A stretch of DNA of 64,000 bases from a virus: positions 25,717-89,716 of IMG/VR virus record IMGVR_UViG_3300032241_002083, one strand, 5' to 3'. The position numbers were made by a program, and so were the translations under genes. This document shows positions 1 through 10,875 of this stretch, in pieces. The first letter of the stretch is position 1. Each line of letters opens with the position of its first letter. The notes under the pieces were generated by a model. That model searched no databases, was not told the origin of the DNA, and was given only the letters and a program-made list of their open reading frames with translations.

Positions 1-1
1 T

Positions 2-3000
2 AATTTTGAGCAAATTAATTTAGTTAAAAATCTTTCATTAACAGATACATATGACCTAATACAAGATATTAATGATATGTATTATACACATTTTGACACT
101 TATCAGTATGGTTGGGGCTTAACATATGCTACTGCTGTTGATTTAATGGCTGGTAATGGAATCACATATTCTATGGATTGCTTATTTATGGTTACAAATA
201 ATAGCAATATTTTATGTTATGAGATTAATAATTTTGTAACTGAACATGATGTTTTATATTTATCATTTAGTCAATCTTTGGGCGATTTAACTTCTATTAC
301 AAGACAAAATGGTACAAATAATATGTTCGTTTCAGGAGATAATTTATATACATTTGATATAAATACTTTTAAATATGTAAGCACAACTTCTAATCAAATT
401 GGCGGTTCTTCTTATTCAATTGTTGCTTCAACTTATAGTAATCGCATATTTGATTTTGAAGGAGTAGATTTATATAGAGCTTGTAATTTTGCTAATATTT
501 ATGATTATAATTATACTTCAAGCATTGAAACTTCAATACAAACAGAAACAGTAATTCCAAAAATGTTATTTATGGAGTATGATATGGCAGACAAATTAAA
601 TTTCTTTGATGAAAATTTTAATTATAGATTGCCAAATTCTGTAACATTTAGTGGTTCTACTTTATCTGAAATTTATTTTAATAATAATCAAGCCACTTGG
701 TTAGATTATTTAAAAGATATTTGGAAAGTTTATCCAGCCGTTGGCGCAGATACTTCATCTGGAAATGAAATAACACTTAATACATTATTCAGTATTAGAA
801 ATACTTCTTCAATTACTTTTAGTAGTTCCGATATAACATTAAATTATAATGATATATCTGGTTTATATCCAAACGTAGGAAGTTATATAACATCAAGATG
901 GAATCCTTTTACTCCAACTGTACCATCATCAGGATATTCTGTTTTTATGAACAGTTATATATCAGTTTTTAAATTACCCAATGATTTTTGTGTTCCTGGT
1001 GATATTCTGATGATTTCTGCTTCTAATATAAATGCAAATTTAATGGTAAATTATGGTTTGACAACAAGTGCGTTGTTTACATATTTTTATGCTTTTAATG
1101 ACTTCAATACAGCGATTTTAAACAGCATAAAAAATAGCCCTTCACTTAGTATTACAAACTTAAATAAGTTTGAAAATGCGTCTGTATTAGTGTCTAATTT
1201 TGAAAATCACCCTATATCAACTGGGTATAATTTAACATATGACGGAAATAATTTAACTGTAAATCCTGTTTTTAACAATTATACCGCTTATAAATCATTA
1301 GAAGCTAATTTAAATGTAATAAATGGTTCTACTTTAACAACAAATAATTTAATTTATGAAGATACGTTTAATTTATTTGGATATACACCAAAATATAGTT
1401 TATTAAATTATCTTTCAAATATAAACTCAACATTTACCGCAAGTAAAATTTTTTACAGCATGCCTATTTATGTAGGTCTTCCTTGTAATGGAGCAAGTAG
1501 TTTTACTTCAACAAATATTTATTTTGATTCTAATCTTCCTTTACCAGGAACTATGAGTTATGCTAAAAATAAATTATTATTTGGTTCAGAATTAAAGTTT
1601 CAATATGATACACTTTGGCTTAATACATTTGTTGATTTAAATCTTTATACTTCTGCTGGTAATTTTACAAAAACACAAGTTTTAATAACTAACAAATACT
1701 ATGATTCTGTATATGGTGGATGGGCTTTAGAATTTAATGATAATATAATTAAAACTGATGATGGTATAACACATTATCGAGTTGCTTTAAATTCTATTGA
1801 TATAATTTCGAGAAATACATTAGGGCAAATATCAGCAGATTTAGAAATTTTTAATAATTTGAATAAACCTCTAATCGATAAAAAATTTAATTCTGGTTTA
1901 TGGAATGTCAATATTTATGATAATCCTATTAAAACAAAAATAAATACAGATTCTTATACTAAAATACTTTTATCTGACGGTGATATTAAAAAGTATATTA
2001 ATTCAATAATTTTTACTAATTCTGATAATATCTTAACTTTAAATGTTGTTAATATTCCTTATATGGAACAAATAACAATAAATGACACTTTTACAGACAT
2101 GGGTAATTTAGCAATTACAACAGATGGATTAAAAGATGTTAATGGAACATTTTTAGGCTATTTAAATTTTACAGGAGGAACTGGCTCTTCACAACAATTA
2201 AATCCAAGTTATATAGGCATTAATTCAGTTACAAAAATTGATGAATATATAGCTATGATAAACACTGAATATTTAATTACACCAAGTGTAACTGATATAG
2301 GTTATTTAACAACATTTATATTTGATCCATTTTTTAATTATTCACCTGTTAATCTTTTAGAAATATCTAATGATATGATGTTTAAAATACCGACAATCTT
2401 ATCAGCGAATAATTTACTAATTAATGGTAAAACAAATAGTATAGTACAAAATTCAACAAACCCAGCATTTAGATTGGTTGATGGTTTAGATATAAATATA
2501 ATACAAAATAACTATCATTGGATTCTAGAAGCTGAAATAGAAGATGCTGTTATTGGTATAAATAATAATGGTATAGTTTGGTATAGTGGAATTTGGTATT
2601 CTGGTAGATGGTTTGGAGACACTTGGTATTCCGGAACTTGGGTTTCTGGCGATTGGTATAGTGGAAACTGGTTTTCATCTCAAGTAATAGATAACGGTGA
2701 TAGTATATTCATAGGGAATACTAATTATAATAACTATAATTCTGTATGGTATAATGGTCGATTTTTTTCAGGCACATGGAATTCTGGTTCATGGATAAAT
2801 GGTCGCTGGTATGGCGATACATGGAAATCTGGGTTGTGGTTTAATGGTATTTGGAATAATGGTATTTGGGAATCTGGTATATTTTATGGTGGTGTTTGGA
2901 TAGAAGGAAATTGGTATTCTGGCACTTTTAATTCATTTAACAAACCTGCTTATTGGTTAAATGGTTCTTTTAATAGTGGAGATTTTCAAAATGGAATGTG

Positions 3001-3682
3001 GTATAATGGTATTTTTGGAAATAATTTTAATACATTAAATAAGTTTGGATCTTTGGCATCTAATAGTAGAAATGCCATTTGGCAAGGTGGAGTATTTTCA
3101 TCAGGTAATTTTTATTCAAGTGAAAATATAGTAGGTGGAACAATTAGTGCTTCACCAATTCATAAATACTCACAATGGAAAACTGGTAGTTTTAATTCTG
3201 GCAATTTTTATGGAGGTATAGTTTATAATATAAACATAAGTGGTAGTGAATGGATTTCAGGTATTTTAATGGATATAGAAATTATAGGAATTAATTTACA
3301 AACAAACATAATAACATTAAATGGCTTATTTATGTTTAACATAGGTGATTATGTTAATATGCTTGCTAATGGAACTACAACACCTTATTTACAACTTGGT
3401 AATTATTCTAATTATGGCAGATATCGTGTTGCTTTAATTGAGTATGACTACAATAATAATTGGACTTTCTTAACTTTAAATTATGATTTAAGTAGTTTAG
3501 GTGTTACAGGTTATTATGCAGGCACAGCAAGTTATAATATAGATACTGGTATGAGATTAGTTAGTAAATTTAATAACATAGATTGGAGTAGCGGCATTTG
3601 GTATAATGGTATATTCGAAAGTGGTAATTTTTACGGAGGAATGTGGTATAATGGTGTATTTAATGGTAATTGGGGAATTTAA
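2..3682 (+). CDS. Giant putative virion protein with W/F-x-x-G-x pentapeptide repeats (5'-truncated by window edge)
   Basis: Frame is open from base 2 (NFEQINLVKN...) through the ATG at 77; N/S/T/Y-rich; C-terminal WYSGI/WYSGR/WFGDT... 5-residue repeats. Confidence 0.7.
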   Translation, partial: NFEQINLVKNLSLTDTYDLIQDINDMYYTHFDTYQYGWGLTYATAVDLMAGNGITYSMDCLFMVTNNSNILCYEINNFVTEHDVLYLSFSQSLGDLTSITRQNGTNNMFVSGDNLYTFDINTFKYVSTTSNQIGGSSYSIVASTYSNRIFDFEGVDLYRACNFANIYDYNYTSSIETSIQTETVIPKMLFMEYDMADKLNFFDENFNYRLPNSVTFSGSTLSEIYFNNNQATWLDYLKDIWKVYPAVGADTSSGNEITLNTLFSIRNTSSITFSSSDITLNYNDISGLYPNVGSYITSRWNPFTPTVPSSGYSVFMNSYISVFKLPNDFCVPGDILMISASNINANLMVNYGLTTSALFTYFYAFNDFNTAILNSIKNSPSLSITNLNKFENASVLVSNFENHPISTGYNLTYDGNNLTVNPVFNNYTAYKSLEANLNVINGSTLTTNNLIYEDTFNLFGYTPKYSLLNYLSNINSTFTASKIFYSMPIYVGLPCNGASSFTSTNIYFDSNLPLPGTMSYAKNKLLFGSELKFQYDTLWLNTFVDLNLYTSAGNFTKTQVLITNKYYDSVYGGWALEFNDNIIKTDDGITHYRVALNSIDIISRNTLGQISADLEIFNNLNKPLIDKKFNSGLWNVNIYDNPIKTKINTDSYTKILLSDGDIKKYINSIIFTNSDNILTLNVVNIPYMEQITINDTFTDMGNLAITTDGLKDVNGTFLGYLNFTGGTGSSQQLNPSYIGINSVTKIDEYIAMINTEYLITPSVTDIGYLTTFIFDPFFNYSPVNLLEISNDMMFKIPTILSANNLLINGKTNSIVQNSTNPAFRLVDGLDINIIQNNYHWILEAEIEDAVIGINNNGIVWYSGIWYSGRWFGDTWYSGTWVSGDWYSGNWFSSQVIDNGDSIFIGNTNYNNYNSVWYNGRFFSGTWNSGSWINGRWYGDTWKSGLWFNGIWNNGIWESGIFYGGVWIEGNWYSGTFNSFNKPAYWLNGSFNSGDFQNGMWYNGIFGNNFNTLNKFGSLASNSRNAIWQGGVFSSGNFYSSENIVGGTISASPIHKYSQWKTGSFNSGNFYGGIVYNINISGSEWISGILMDIEIIGINLQTNIITLNGLFMFNIGDYVNMLANGTTTPYLQLGNYSNYGRYRVALIEYDYNNNWTFLTLNYDLSSLGVTGYYAGTASYNIDTGMRLVSKFNNIDWSSGIWYNGIFESGNFYGGMWYNGVFNGNWGI

Positions 3683-3705
3683 TTATTAAAAATAATATAT
3701 ACATT

Positions 3706-4065
3706 ATGAAAAAATTCACGATTTATTTAAAAGAAGCCGAAGAAGTAAAAATTGATATTAAACTTAAAGAAGAATTATTAGAGATGGTAAAAAAATCTTT
3801 AAATACTTCTGATGCTAAAACTGTAAATGATTTCATTGAGGCATATAAAGAAGATTCTGATAAGAATCAAATAGAGGGTTTGATAAACGATGCTGATGTT
3901 TATGACTTTTATTTAAAATTTATGGATGAGATAGATGAAATTTTATCAGAATCAAATTTTTTTGAAAAAACTCCGAAAGAATTAAATACCTTTTCTTTAT
4001 ACACTTATTTAGTAGCTGGCACAAAAAATGCCGTCAAAATTACTATTGACGGCATAAAAGAATAA
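3706..4065 (+). CDS. Hypothetical acidic protein with capsid-targeting-like N-terminus (MKKFTIYLKE)
   Basis: ATG at 3706 follows AATATATA motif; helical acidic protein. Confidence 0.65.
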   Translation: MKKFTIYLKEAEEVKIDIKLKEELLEMVKKSLNTSDAKTVNDFIEAYKEDSDKNQIEGLINDADVYDFYLKFMDEIDEILSESNFFEKTPKELNTFSLYTYLVAGTKNAVKITIDGIKE

Positions 4066-4071
4066 TTTAAT

Positions 4072-5127
4072 TTATTTAAAACCTATTTTGTTTTTAACTT
4101 TATTTAAGAAATTATTTTTTATAATATCAGAGTTATAAATATCAGTTAATGTATTTTGTCCTTCAACATATTCCCTACCGAGTTTTTTGGCTAATTTCTT
4201 AGCTTTTTCTTCTTCTAATGGTAAAAATTCATGAGAAGAAAGTAATCTTCCCCTTCTTAATAAAGCTTTGTCTATTTTATCAATGTTGGTATTAAAAGTG
4301 CAAATAAATTGTGATTTTAAGGTTTGACCAAGTAATCCATCACTTAAATTAAGTAATGCTGAAATTGGCGAGTGTCCATCTATTTCTCTGCTTATAATAA
4401 TTTTTTCAGCATCTTCAATTATAAAGACTGAATTGCTTTGACTCATTAGTAATTGTAAAAATTGTGGAGAATCCATCATTACCGCAACACTATTTGGAAT
4501 ATAGATAAGATTTTTATCTACTAAACTAGTAAGGCAAGAAATATATGAAGTTTTACCTGTGCCAGGAAGACCATAAAATAAATGCACTCCATTTTTATCA
4601 GAATTAAGTTCGTTGACTATTAATTCATGATTTTGCACTAAATCATCATTATAATTATCTACATCAAAATCATAACGAGTTAATGGTGAATAATAAACTG
4701 TTAATCCATTAGAATTTTGAATTATTACACCAATTTCCTTTTTCTTTCTCTCTAATTTTAGAGAAAGTGATTCAAAATCTGATATTAATTTTTTAGGATA
4801 ATTAACATAAAAAATCATATAACTTGAAGAATCAGAATGATGGTCCTTATAAAGACGAACCATTATATCTTCAAAGAAGTAAATATAATTAATTTGAGAA
4901 TTAGTATCATGAATATATTTTTTATGTCGTGGCAGATTCTTTTCTATAAACCTACATATCTTATCAATATCTGGGGTAGTTTCATTATTATCTTGGTTTC
5001 TATAAGAATGTAAACTACATAATTTACCATATTCTGTAAAATATAATCTATAAAGATTATCATAAAAATAACCAAACCCATCAGAATAAATAGCGGGCGT
5101 TCCTTGAATTGAATGATTTTCTATCAT
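4072..5127 (-). CDS. AAA+ ATPase
   Basis: Walker A GLPGTGKT, Walker B FIIEDAE, SRH TFN..IDKALLRRGR, C-terminal KIGF. Confidence 0.85.
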   Translation of the reverse strand: MIENHSIQGTPAIYSDGFGYFYDNLYRLYFTEYGKLCSLHSYRNQDNNETTPDIDKICRFIEKNLPRHKKYIHDTNSQINYIYFFEDIMVRLYKDHHSDSSSYMIFYVNYPKKLISDFESLSLKLERKKKEIGVIIQNSNGLTVYYSPLTRYDFDVDNYNDDLVQNHELIVNELNSDKNGVHLFYGLPGTGKTSYISCLTSLVDKNLIYIPNSVAVMMDSPQFLQLLMSQSNSVFIIEDAEKIIISREIDGHSPISALLNLSDGLLGQTLKSQFICTFNTNIDKIDKALLRRGRLLSSHEFLPLEEEKAKKLAKKLGREYVEGQNTLTDIYNSDIIKNNFLNKVKNKIGFK

Positions 5128-5402
5128 TATTTAAATGTTATTTTAGTGCTACCGAAACCATATAAAGGATGATATTCGTTGACACAATTGTCAACATGTG
5201 GATGACTCTTTGCTAAAAGATGAATTTCTTTTTTTAAAATTCCACTTCCTATACCGTGTATAATTATCAATTCAAATTCACCATTTACTAATGCTTTATC
5301 TAATTCAGATTCAAATAAATCTAATTGCATTTGAAGTGCTTGGCGAGGATCAAAATCCTTTGATTGTGTTATATAACTTGGAAGATGTAAATCAATTACC
5401 AT
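5127..5402 (-). CDS. Smr-domain protein
   Basis: IDLH, IIHGIGSGILK and GFGSTKI motifs of Smr domains. Confidence 0.85.
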   Translation of the reverse strand: MVIDLHLPSYITQSKDFDPRQALQMQLDLFESELDKALVNGEFELIIIHGIGSGILKKEIHLLAKSHPHVDNCVNEYHPLYGFGSTKITFK

Positions 5403-5604
5403 ATTTTCTTTTTAAGAAGTAATAAATATGTATTGATACTACTGAAAAATTGACAAGTGTAATAGGAATATCTGCTTTACAAATACCATAAACTATCCAC
5501 AAAACACATGCGATAGAGCTAACTATGCGTAGTTTTAGAATATCTTTGAATGTAAAAGATAATATAGTAGTTATTGTGGCAAGATATCCTATTGCATCTA
5601 TCAT
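5392..5604 (-). CDS. Small inner-membrane protein (YgjV/PQ-loop-like)
   Basis: IGYLAT..LSF...KLRIVS...W.YG pattern with three hydrophobic helices. Confidence 0.6.
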   Translation of the reverse strand: MIDAIGYLATITTILSFTFKDILKLRIVSSIACVLWIVYGICKADIPITLVNFSVVSIHIYYFLKRKYGN

Positions 5605-6044
5605 TACGCTAAACACTTTTTAGCAATATCAGAAATAGTTTTACCGTCTGCTTTACCAATTAATTTTTTAGAAACTAAACCGATAACTTTGCCCATTTCT
5701 TTAATAGAAGTAGCATTAACTTCCGCAATAGCCGCCTTAACTTCGGCTTCAATTTCAGATTCAGACATTTGTTTTGGTAAAAATTTTTCAATTACAGAAA
5801 TTTCAAACATTTCTTTTTCAGCCAATTCATTTCTACCGTTTTGTGCGAAAATAGCAGCCGATTCTTGCCGCTGTTTGACCATACGTTGTAATTCTTTAAG
5901 ACGGATATCTTCCGTAACTTCTTTACCAGAAGTGTTAAGTGTTAAAAATGATGCTTTAATACCTCTTAAAGCATTAAGAGTTTCAGAATCTTTTGCTTTC
6001 ATGGCTTCCTTCATGGATTCCATGACTTTTGTTTCGAGTGTCAT
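5604..6044 (-). CDS. yqeY: GatB/YqeY domain protein
   Basis: MKEAMKAKD, KQRQES, E..EI.VIEKFLPKQMSE, KEMGKV, GKADGK. Confidence 0.9.
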   Translation of the reverse strand: MTLETKVMESMKEAMKAKDSETLNALRGIKASFLTLNTSGKEVTEDIRLKELQRMVKQRQESAAIFAQNGRNELAEKEMFEISVIEKFLPKQMSESEIEAEVKAAIAEVNATSIKEMGKVIGLVSKKLIGKADGKTISDIAKKCLA

Positions 6045-6048
6045 ATTA

Positions 6049-6555
6049 CTAGTTTTTAATTAATTCAATTAAATTTAAAAAACGATGAAATGATTTTTCT
6101 TTAATTTCATCCGCTGTTAAAAATCCAGCCCAATCAACTTCTTCTATTTGAAGCTGATCTTTCGGAACTATTTCAGAAGTTAAACCAATTTCTGATAAAT
6201 CATTTATTTTAACAATAAAAAGATAAACTATTTTATGTATAGTTTTCTTTTTCGAAAAATACAAAACCTCTATTGGAGTTTCAATATTTAATATTTTATT
6301 TTTCGAAATGGAAATTCCAATTTCCTCTTTTGTTTCTCTTATAGCTGCATCAATAAAAGATTCTCCTTCATCAACACCACCTTTTGCTGGTGAATATGAG
6401 CCAAACCAAGAACCGTTTGTTGGATGACAAAATAATATTTTATTCTTGTAAAGAATACAAGTACCAGCAGAGATTTTCATTTTCTTTTTCTTTGATTCAA
6501 AGATACGAAAATTATTTGATAATTCAAAATCTAAACTTATATTATTTTTTTTCAA
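6049..6555 (-). CDS. Nudix hydrolase
   Basis: Nudix box GGVDEGESFIDAAIRETKEEIG. Confidence 0.9.
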   Translation of the reverse strand: MKKNNISLDFELSNNFRIFESKKKKMKISAGTCILYKNKILFCHPTNGSWFGSYSPAKGGVDEGESFIDAAIRETKEEIGISISKNKILNIETPIEVLYFSKKKTIHKIVYLFIVKINDLSEIGLTSEIVPKDQLQIEEVDWAGFLTADEIKEKSFHRFLNLIELIKN

Positions 6556-7456
6556 CTTTCTTTTTCTTTCTTTTTTCTAAAATTTCTTCTCTGGAAATTA
6601 TAAAATTATTTTTTTGATTTTTATTTTCATTTGAATAAGGAATAACATTTTGAATTCTTTGTTCGGATAAAGTCACATAAATTTCATTTATATCAATTCC
6701 TATAAAATTTCTATTATTCATTTTAGCCATTTTAAGCGTTGTTCCAGAACCACACATAGGGTCTAAAATTACATCTCCTTCGTTGCTCCAACTTAAAATA
6801 TGATCTTCTGCTAAAGATTCTGGAAAACTTGCTGGATGATAGTAAGATAATTTATCACCACCAAAACCTTTTCCATTTACAATATACCAAACATTATATC
6901 TTGTTCCATATTCACCAACGGTAAATCCTTCTTTCATTTGTTTAATTGAACCGTCTTTTTGACGTGTAGAAGGTGTGCCAAATGTTTTTGATCCAGCCCA
7001 TTTATTTGGCTTATCTTTAATTAGATTAACAATATTAGGACGTTTACCTTTTAAAAAAATAAACATGTATTCAAATACTTGATCATATCTACCTGTTTCA
7101 TGATAAGCGGCGCCATTTTTATGATAAATCATAGTATCATAAATTTTAAATCCAATTTCTTGGAATTTAAGTGCTTGTCGAAAAGAAGTGCCTGTTTCGC
7201 CACCATCAATAACTTGATCATTGACAACCCAAACAACTATACCACCCTCTTTTGTAATTCGGTATAATTCTTGTGCCATTTCCACAAATGGAAATGAATA
7301 ATAATCATCAAAAATTTTGTCAGTAATTTTATTATTATAGGATCTTAATGTGTCATAAGGAGGAGAAGTAACCGTTAAATCTATTGAATTATCGGGTATA
7401 TTTTTCATTATATCAACACTATTGCCGTGTAAAACTTTATTTAAAAATCTATTCAT
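6542..7456 (-). CDS. DNA N4-cytosine/N6-adenine methyltransferase (beta class)
   Basis: VTSPPY catalytic motif before HPASFP and DPMCGSGTT SAM-binding motif; no cognate restriction enzyme adjacent. Confidence 0.9.
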   Translation of the reverse strand: MNRFLNKVLHGNSVDIMKNIPDNSIDLTVTSPPYDTLRSYNNKITDKIFDDYYSFPFVEMAQELYRITKEGGIVVWVVNDQVIDGGETGTSFRQALKFQEIGFKIYDTMIYHKNGAAYHETGRYDQVFEYMFIFLKGKRPNIVNLIKDKPNKWAGSKTFGTPSTRQKDGSIKQMKEGFTVGEYGTRYNVWYIVNGKGFGGDKLSYYHPASFPESLAEDHILSWSNEGDVILDPMCGSGTTLKMAKMNNRNFIGIDINEIYVTLSEQRIQNVIPYSNENKNQKNNFIISREEILEKRKKKKVEKK

Positions 7457-7478
7457 ATGTGTTATATGACAGATTGAT

Positions 7479-7961
7479 TTAAAGTTTTTTATACCAAAAA
7501 TGAATATGACGTATAAATTTAAACGAGGGTTTTACTAATTTTGTTTTCATACCAAAAGGTCTTTCAAATATAATTGGTTGAAAATCATTATTTAATTCAA
7601 ATAAGTCTATGCATTTTTTATTAATAAATTCAAATACTTCTTTTTGAGAAGTATTTTCTTTTATCCAAATAATATATTGCTCTACATCATTTGGAAGCAT
7701 ATATGGAAATTGATTTTTTAAAAAAAGACAATTAGAATTATCAAATTTAATAGTTTCTAAAAGTTGATTTTTATCAAAGGAATGGTAGTATTTTTGCATT
7801 TCATCTGATTTAATCGGAACTAATCGTAAATCTCTAATTAATTCTCTTACTTTTAGTAAATCATCAAATGATTTAAAATCTTCTATAAAAATAAGATATG
7901 GTTTATCTAATTCTTCTTTTATAAGAATATTTTGTGATGTTAATAATTTTTCAGTGAGCAT
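7479..7961 (-). CDS. DUF3605/GIG1-like HIT-fold protein
   Basis: N.FPY.LP.DVE.YIIW and C-terminal S...IRHIHF motif. Confidence 0.5.
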   Translation of the reverse strand: MLTEKLLTSQNILIKEELDKPYLIFIEDFKSFDDLLKVRELIRDLRLVPIKSDEMQKYYHSFDKNQLLETIKFDNSNCLFLKNQFPYMLPNDVEQYIIWIKENTSQKEVFEFINKKCIDLFELNNDFQPIIFERPFGMKTKLVKPSFKFIRHIHFWYKKL

Positions 7962-8294
7962 TTAGTCTAATTTAATAATAACAAAATGAAAATCTTTCCA
8001 ATCACCTTTTGTTTTTAGAATACCACGAAATGGATCTTTCCATGTCTTATAATATTTATTACCTTTTTCTAATAAGAAATTTAGAAATGATTGTGCTTCT
8101 TCTTTTGTTTTCCAAATTTTTATATAATCTCTATTATCATACCAATTGATGAATTTTATATCATCGTTAAATCCTATAAAATTTGATTTTTCAGTAAGAT
8201 TTGGATTGAAATTTTCATCAAGTATTTGGGATATTTTAAGATCCCTTAATTCGGCTATCTTTTCCACTACATAAATAACCCATTTTTCTTGCAT
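7962..8294 (-). CDS. Hypothetical protein carrying ELRDLKISQILDE motif
   Basis: ORF track; shares R-D-x-x-I-x-x-I-L motif family. Confidence 0.6.
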   Translation of the reverse strand: MQEKWVIYVVEKIAELRDLKISQILDENFNPNLTEKSNFIGFNDDIKFINWYDNRDYIKIWKTKEEAQSFLNFLLEKGNKYYKTWKDPFRGILKTKGDWKDFHFVIIKLD

Positions 8295-8297
8295 TAA

Positions 8298-8344
8298 TAA
8301 AACTATATTTATATGTTATATAACAACCTATAAATATAGTTTTA
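8298..8344. repeat. 16-bp perfect inverted repeat overlapping a putative promoter
   Basis: TAAAACTATATTTATA (8298-8313) / TATAAATATAGTTTTA (8329-8344). Confidence 0.75.
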
Positions 8345-8346
8345 AT

Positions 8347-8619
8347 TTAATCCGATAATATGTCATCTATTCTGCTATCTCGCTGTTTTGCTAATAGATA
8401 ATCATGATAAATAGTATCCTTTGTAACAGCTATTTCATATATTTTTTGAAATACTTCTTCATGATTATGAAAATCTTCTTGCCATAATTCTTCCTAATCA
8501 TTTACTTTTGAAAAAATTGTGATACTATCCTTATCAAGATAACAAAACTTTGTATGATATTTTTTTGGATAATTATCCTTCAAATGTTGATAAATTAATT
8601 CAATATAAAAATATTCCAT
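8347..8619 (-). pseudogene. 90-codon gene interrupted by in-frame TAG (8494-8496)
   Basis: ATG overlaps aspS stop; reads ...SKVND*EELWQED...KQRDSRIDDILSD; ends with the family C-terminal motif. Confidence 0.65.
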
Positions 8620-10169
8620 TAGTGTATAAACTTTTCTTTGGTCCTTGGAATTAGAGATGCTTCATCTGCTGTTTGTAAATTAAGAATGCATTTTAAAAGT
8701 CTTTCTAAACCAATTCCAAAGCCTCCATGTGGAGGCATACCATATTTAAATGGCATTAAATAGCTTTCAAAATTATCTGGATTTAATCCTTTACTTTTGA
8801 TTGATTCGACTAATTGATTATAATTATTAATGCGCATTCCCCCACTTGTAATCTCTGTACCTTTGTATATTAAATCAAAACTTTCTGTTAGAAATTCTTT
8901 ACCTTCATTTAAGATAGTTTCATTAGAAGGCATAGTATAAAATGGTTTTTCATTTAATGGATAGCCATATATAAAAACAAAATCAGAATTATATTTAGCC
9001 TTTGTATAATCACCAATCCATTTTTCAATCTCGGAATTAATACCATTACTATACATATGAGCATATAATCTAAATTCGCCAGATTCTTCAAGAATTGAAA
9101 ATAATTGATTATATGAAATTCGTGGAATATTTGGTAAAATAATTCCCGGAGTTGAATTAAAGTATAAATACTTATCGTTTTGTGGTTTAAAATCAATATT
9201 TAAATACTTCAATTCTTTCGAGCAATTTTCATAAATCCTATAAAAAATAAAATTTAAAATTTCTTCTTCAATATCCATTATATCAAAAACAGAATCAATA
9301 AATCCCATTTCTAAGTCAAGACCAATAAATTCAGAAAGATGTTTATTTGTATTAGAGCCTTCGGCACGATAAACTTTGCCTACTTCAAATACTCTTTCAA
9401 ATACACCAACCATAGTTTGTTTATAAAATTGTGGTGATTGTGTTAGATACATTGGTGTTCCAAAATAGTCAACTGTAAACATATCAGCACCGCCTTCTAA
9501 CCCAGCAGCAGATATTTTTGTTGATTGTATTTCGGTAAATCCTTTCTTATTGAGAAAGTCTCTAAAAGAAGATATAACTTCGGCTTGTATTTTAAATATA
9601 CATCTTTCTTTTTCTTTTCTCAAAGTTAAAGGCCGATACAAATTTAAAGTATTAAATGGTGGTATGTCTTCTTCTCTTGAAATTGGGAATGGTAAAACTT
9701 CAGATTCTGAAATTATATTTAAATTTTGTGCAAAAATTTCCAAAGAAAAATTATTAGATTGATTTGTTTCTTTGACTTCACCAACTATTTCAACAACACT
9801 TTCAACTAACAAAGAACGACATAAATCTTTTGGAACTATAACTTGGCAATAACCAGACATATCCCTTAAAATAAGGAATGACATTTTTTTAAGATCTCGC
9901 CATTGTGAAACCCAGCCTTTTATTAAGACTTTATCACCTATTTTTTGATTTAATTCAGAAATAAGTGTCCTTACTTTTGGATTATCATCATTCCAAGGTT
10001 CCACGATAACTTCTTCTGGCTCATAATTTTTAGAATTAATTGTCCAGTATAAAGTTATTTTTTCGTTACCTATGTGATAAATTTCATGATATATATGTAA
10101 GGAATTACCAATTTCAATAGGTTTGAAATTTCTAGTTAATTCAAAATAATAATTGTCTGTAGTTGTCAT
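8619..10169 (-). CDS. aspS: Aspartyl-tRNA synthetase, archaeal/non-discriminating type, with ~60-aa N-terminal extension
   Basis: OB fold (GWV..RD...F.ILRD.SG..Q), EGGA..F...YF, QSPQFYKQ, motif 2 YRAE.S.T.KHLSEF, motif 3 GMPPHGGFGIGLER; no GAD insert. Confidence 0.85.
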   Translation of the reverse strand: MTTTDNYYFELTRNFKPIEIGNSLHIYHEIYHIGNEKITLYWTINSKNYEPEEVIVEPWNDDNPKVRTLISELNQKIGDKVLIKGWVSQWRDLKKMSFLILRDMSGYCQVIVPKDLCRSLLVESVVEIVGEVKETNQSNNFSLEIFAQNLNIISESEVLPFPISREEDIPPFNTLNLYRPLTLRKEKERCIFKIQAEVISSFRDFLNKKGFTEIQSTKISAAGLEGGADMFTVDYFGTPMYLTQSPQFYKQTMVGVFERVFEVGKVYRAEGSNTNKHLSEFIGLDLEMGFIDSVFDIMDIEEEILNFIFYRIYENCSKELKYLNIDFKPQNDKYLYFNSTPGIILPNIPRISYNQLFSILEESGEFRLYAHMYSNGINSEIEKWIGDYTKAKYNSDFVFIYGYPLNEKPFYTMPSNETILNEGKEFLTESFDLIYKGTEITSGGMRINNYNQLVESIKSKGLNPDNFESYLMPFKYGMPPHGGFGIGLERLLKCILNLQTADEASLIPRTKEKFIH

Positions 10170-10178
10170 TGTTATTTT

Positions 10179-10649
10179 TTAAGCGGTAATATTTAATACC
10201 TCTAATTCAAGTTCGCCAGCAGGAGTATTGACTTTTACAACATCACCTATAACCTTACCAATTAAGGCTTGCGCAACTGGACTATTAACGGATATTTTTC
10301 CTTCTTTAATATTCGTTTCTAAATGTGGAACTATTGTATAAGAAATTTCTTTATTTAATTTCTTATTTTTAAGATTAACCGTAGTTAATATTTGAACTGA
10401 ATCAGTTTGAATAAATTCGTGGTTAATAACCACAGAATTAAGAAGTATTTCTTGTAATTTTTGTATTCTATCGTTTACAGAATCATATTTTTCTTTGGCC
10501 GCATCATATTCAGCATTTTCAGAAAGATCACCTTTATCACGAGCTTCTGCAATATCTTCAATACATTCACGAACCTCAACAGTCTTTAAATGATTAATTT
10601 CGAAATGTAATTTCTCCATTCCTTCTTTTGTTAAAAATGTTTTAGACAT
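10179..10649 (-). CDS. greA: Transcription elongation factor GreA
   Basis: ARDKGDLSENAEYDAAKE, ISVNSPVAQALIGK, TPAG. Confidence 0.95.
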   Translation of the reverse strand: MSKTFLTKEGMEKLHFEINHLKTVEVRECIEDIAEARDKGDLSENAEYDAAKEKYDSVNDRIQKLQEILLNSVVINHEFIQTDSVQILTTVNLKNKKLNKEISYTIVPHLETNIKEGKISVNSPVAQALIGKVIGDVVKVNTPAGELELEVLNITA

Positions 10650-10652
10650 AAT

Positions 10653-10868
10653 TTAATTTTTATTTAATTCTAATGTTTCGCACCATTTTTTTGCAGTTTC
10701 TATATCAGAAAAATACCATTTGTCTTTCTGATTATCATATATTCTTAAAAGAAATTTATTATCTCCTTTAGATTTAGATATGATATATTGTGTATTTTGC
10801 GAAACTCCAACCATTTGGAAGAAACTACCATATTCGCTATTACTTTTCCAATCTATTATTGTTTTCAT
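10653..10868 (-). CDS. Hypothetical protein
   Basis: ORF track, co-oriented, preceded by promoter-like motif. Confidence 0.55.
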   Translation of the reverse strand: MKTIIDWKSNSEYGSFFQMVGVSQNTQYIISKSKGDNKFLLRIYDNQKDKWYFSDIETAKKWCETLELNKN

Positions 10869-10875
10869 AGCATGT

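Noticed and set aside
6542-7456. Complete restriction-modification system
   Set aside because: No adjacent restriction endonuclease; an orphan methyltransferase is common in large phages.
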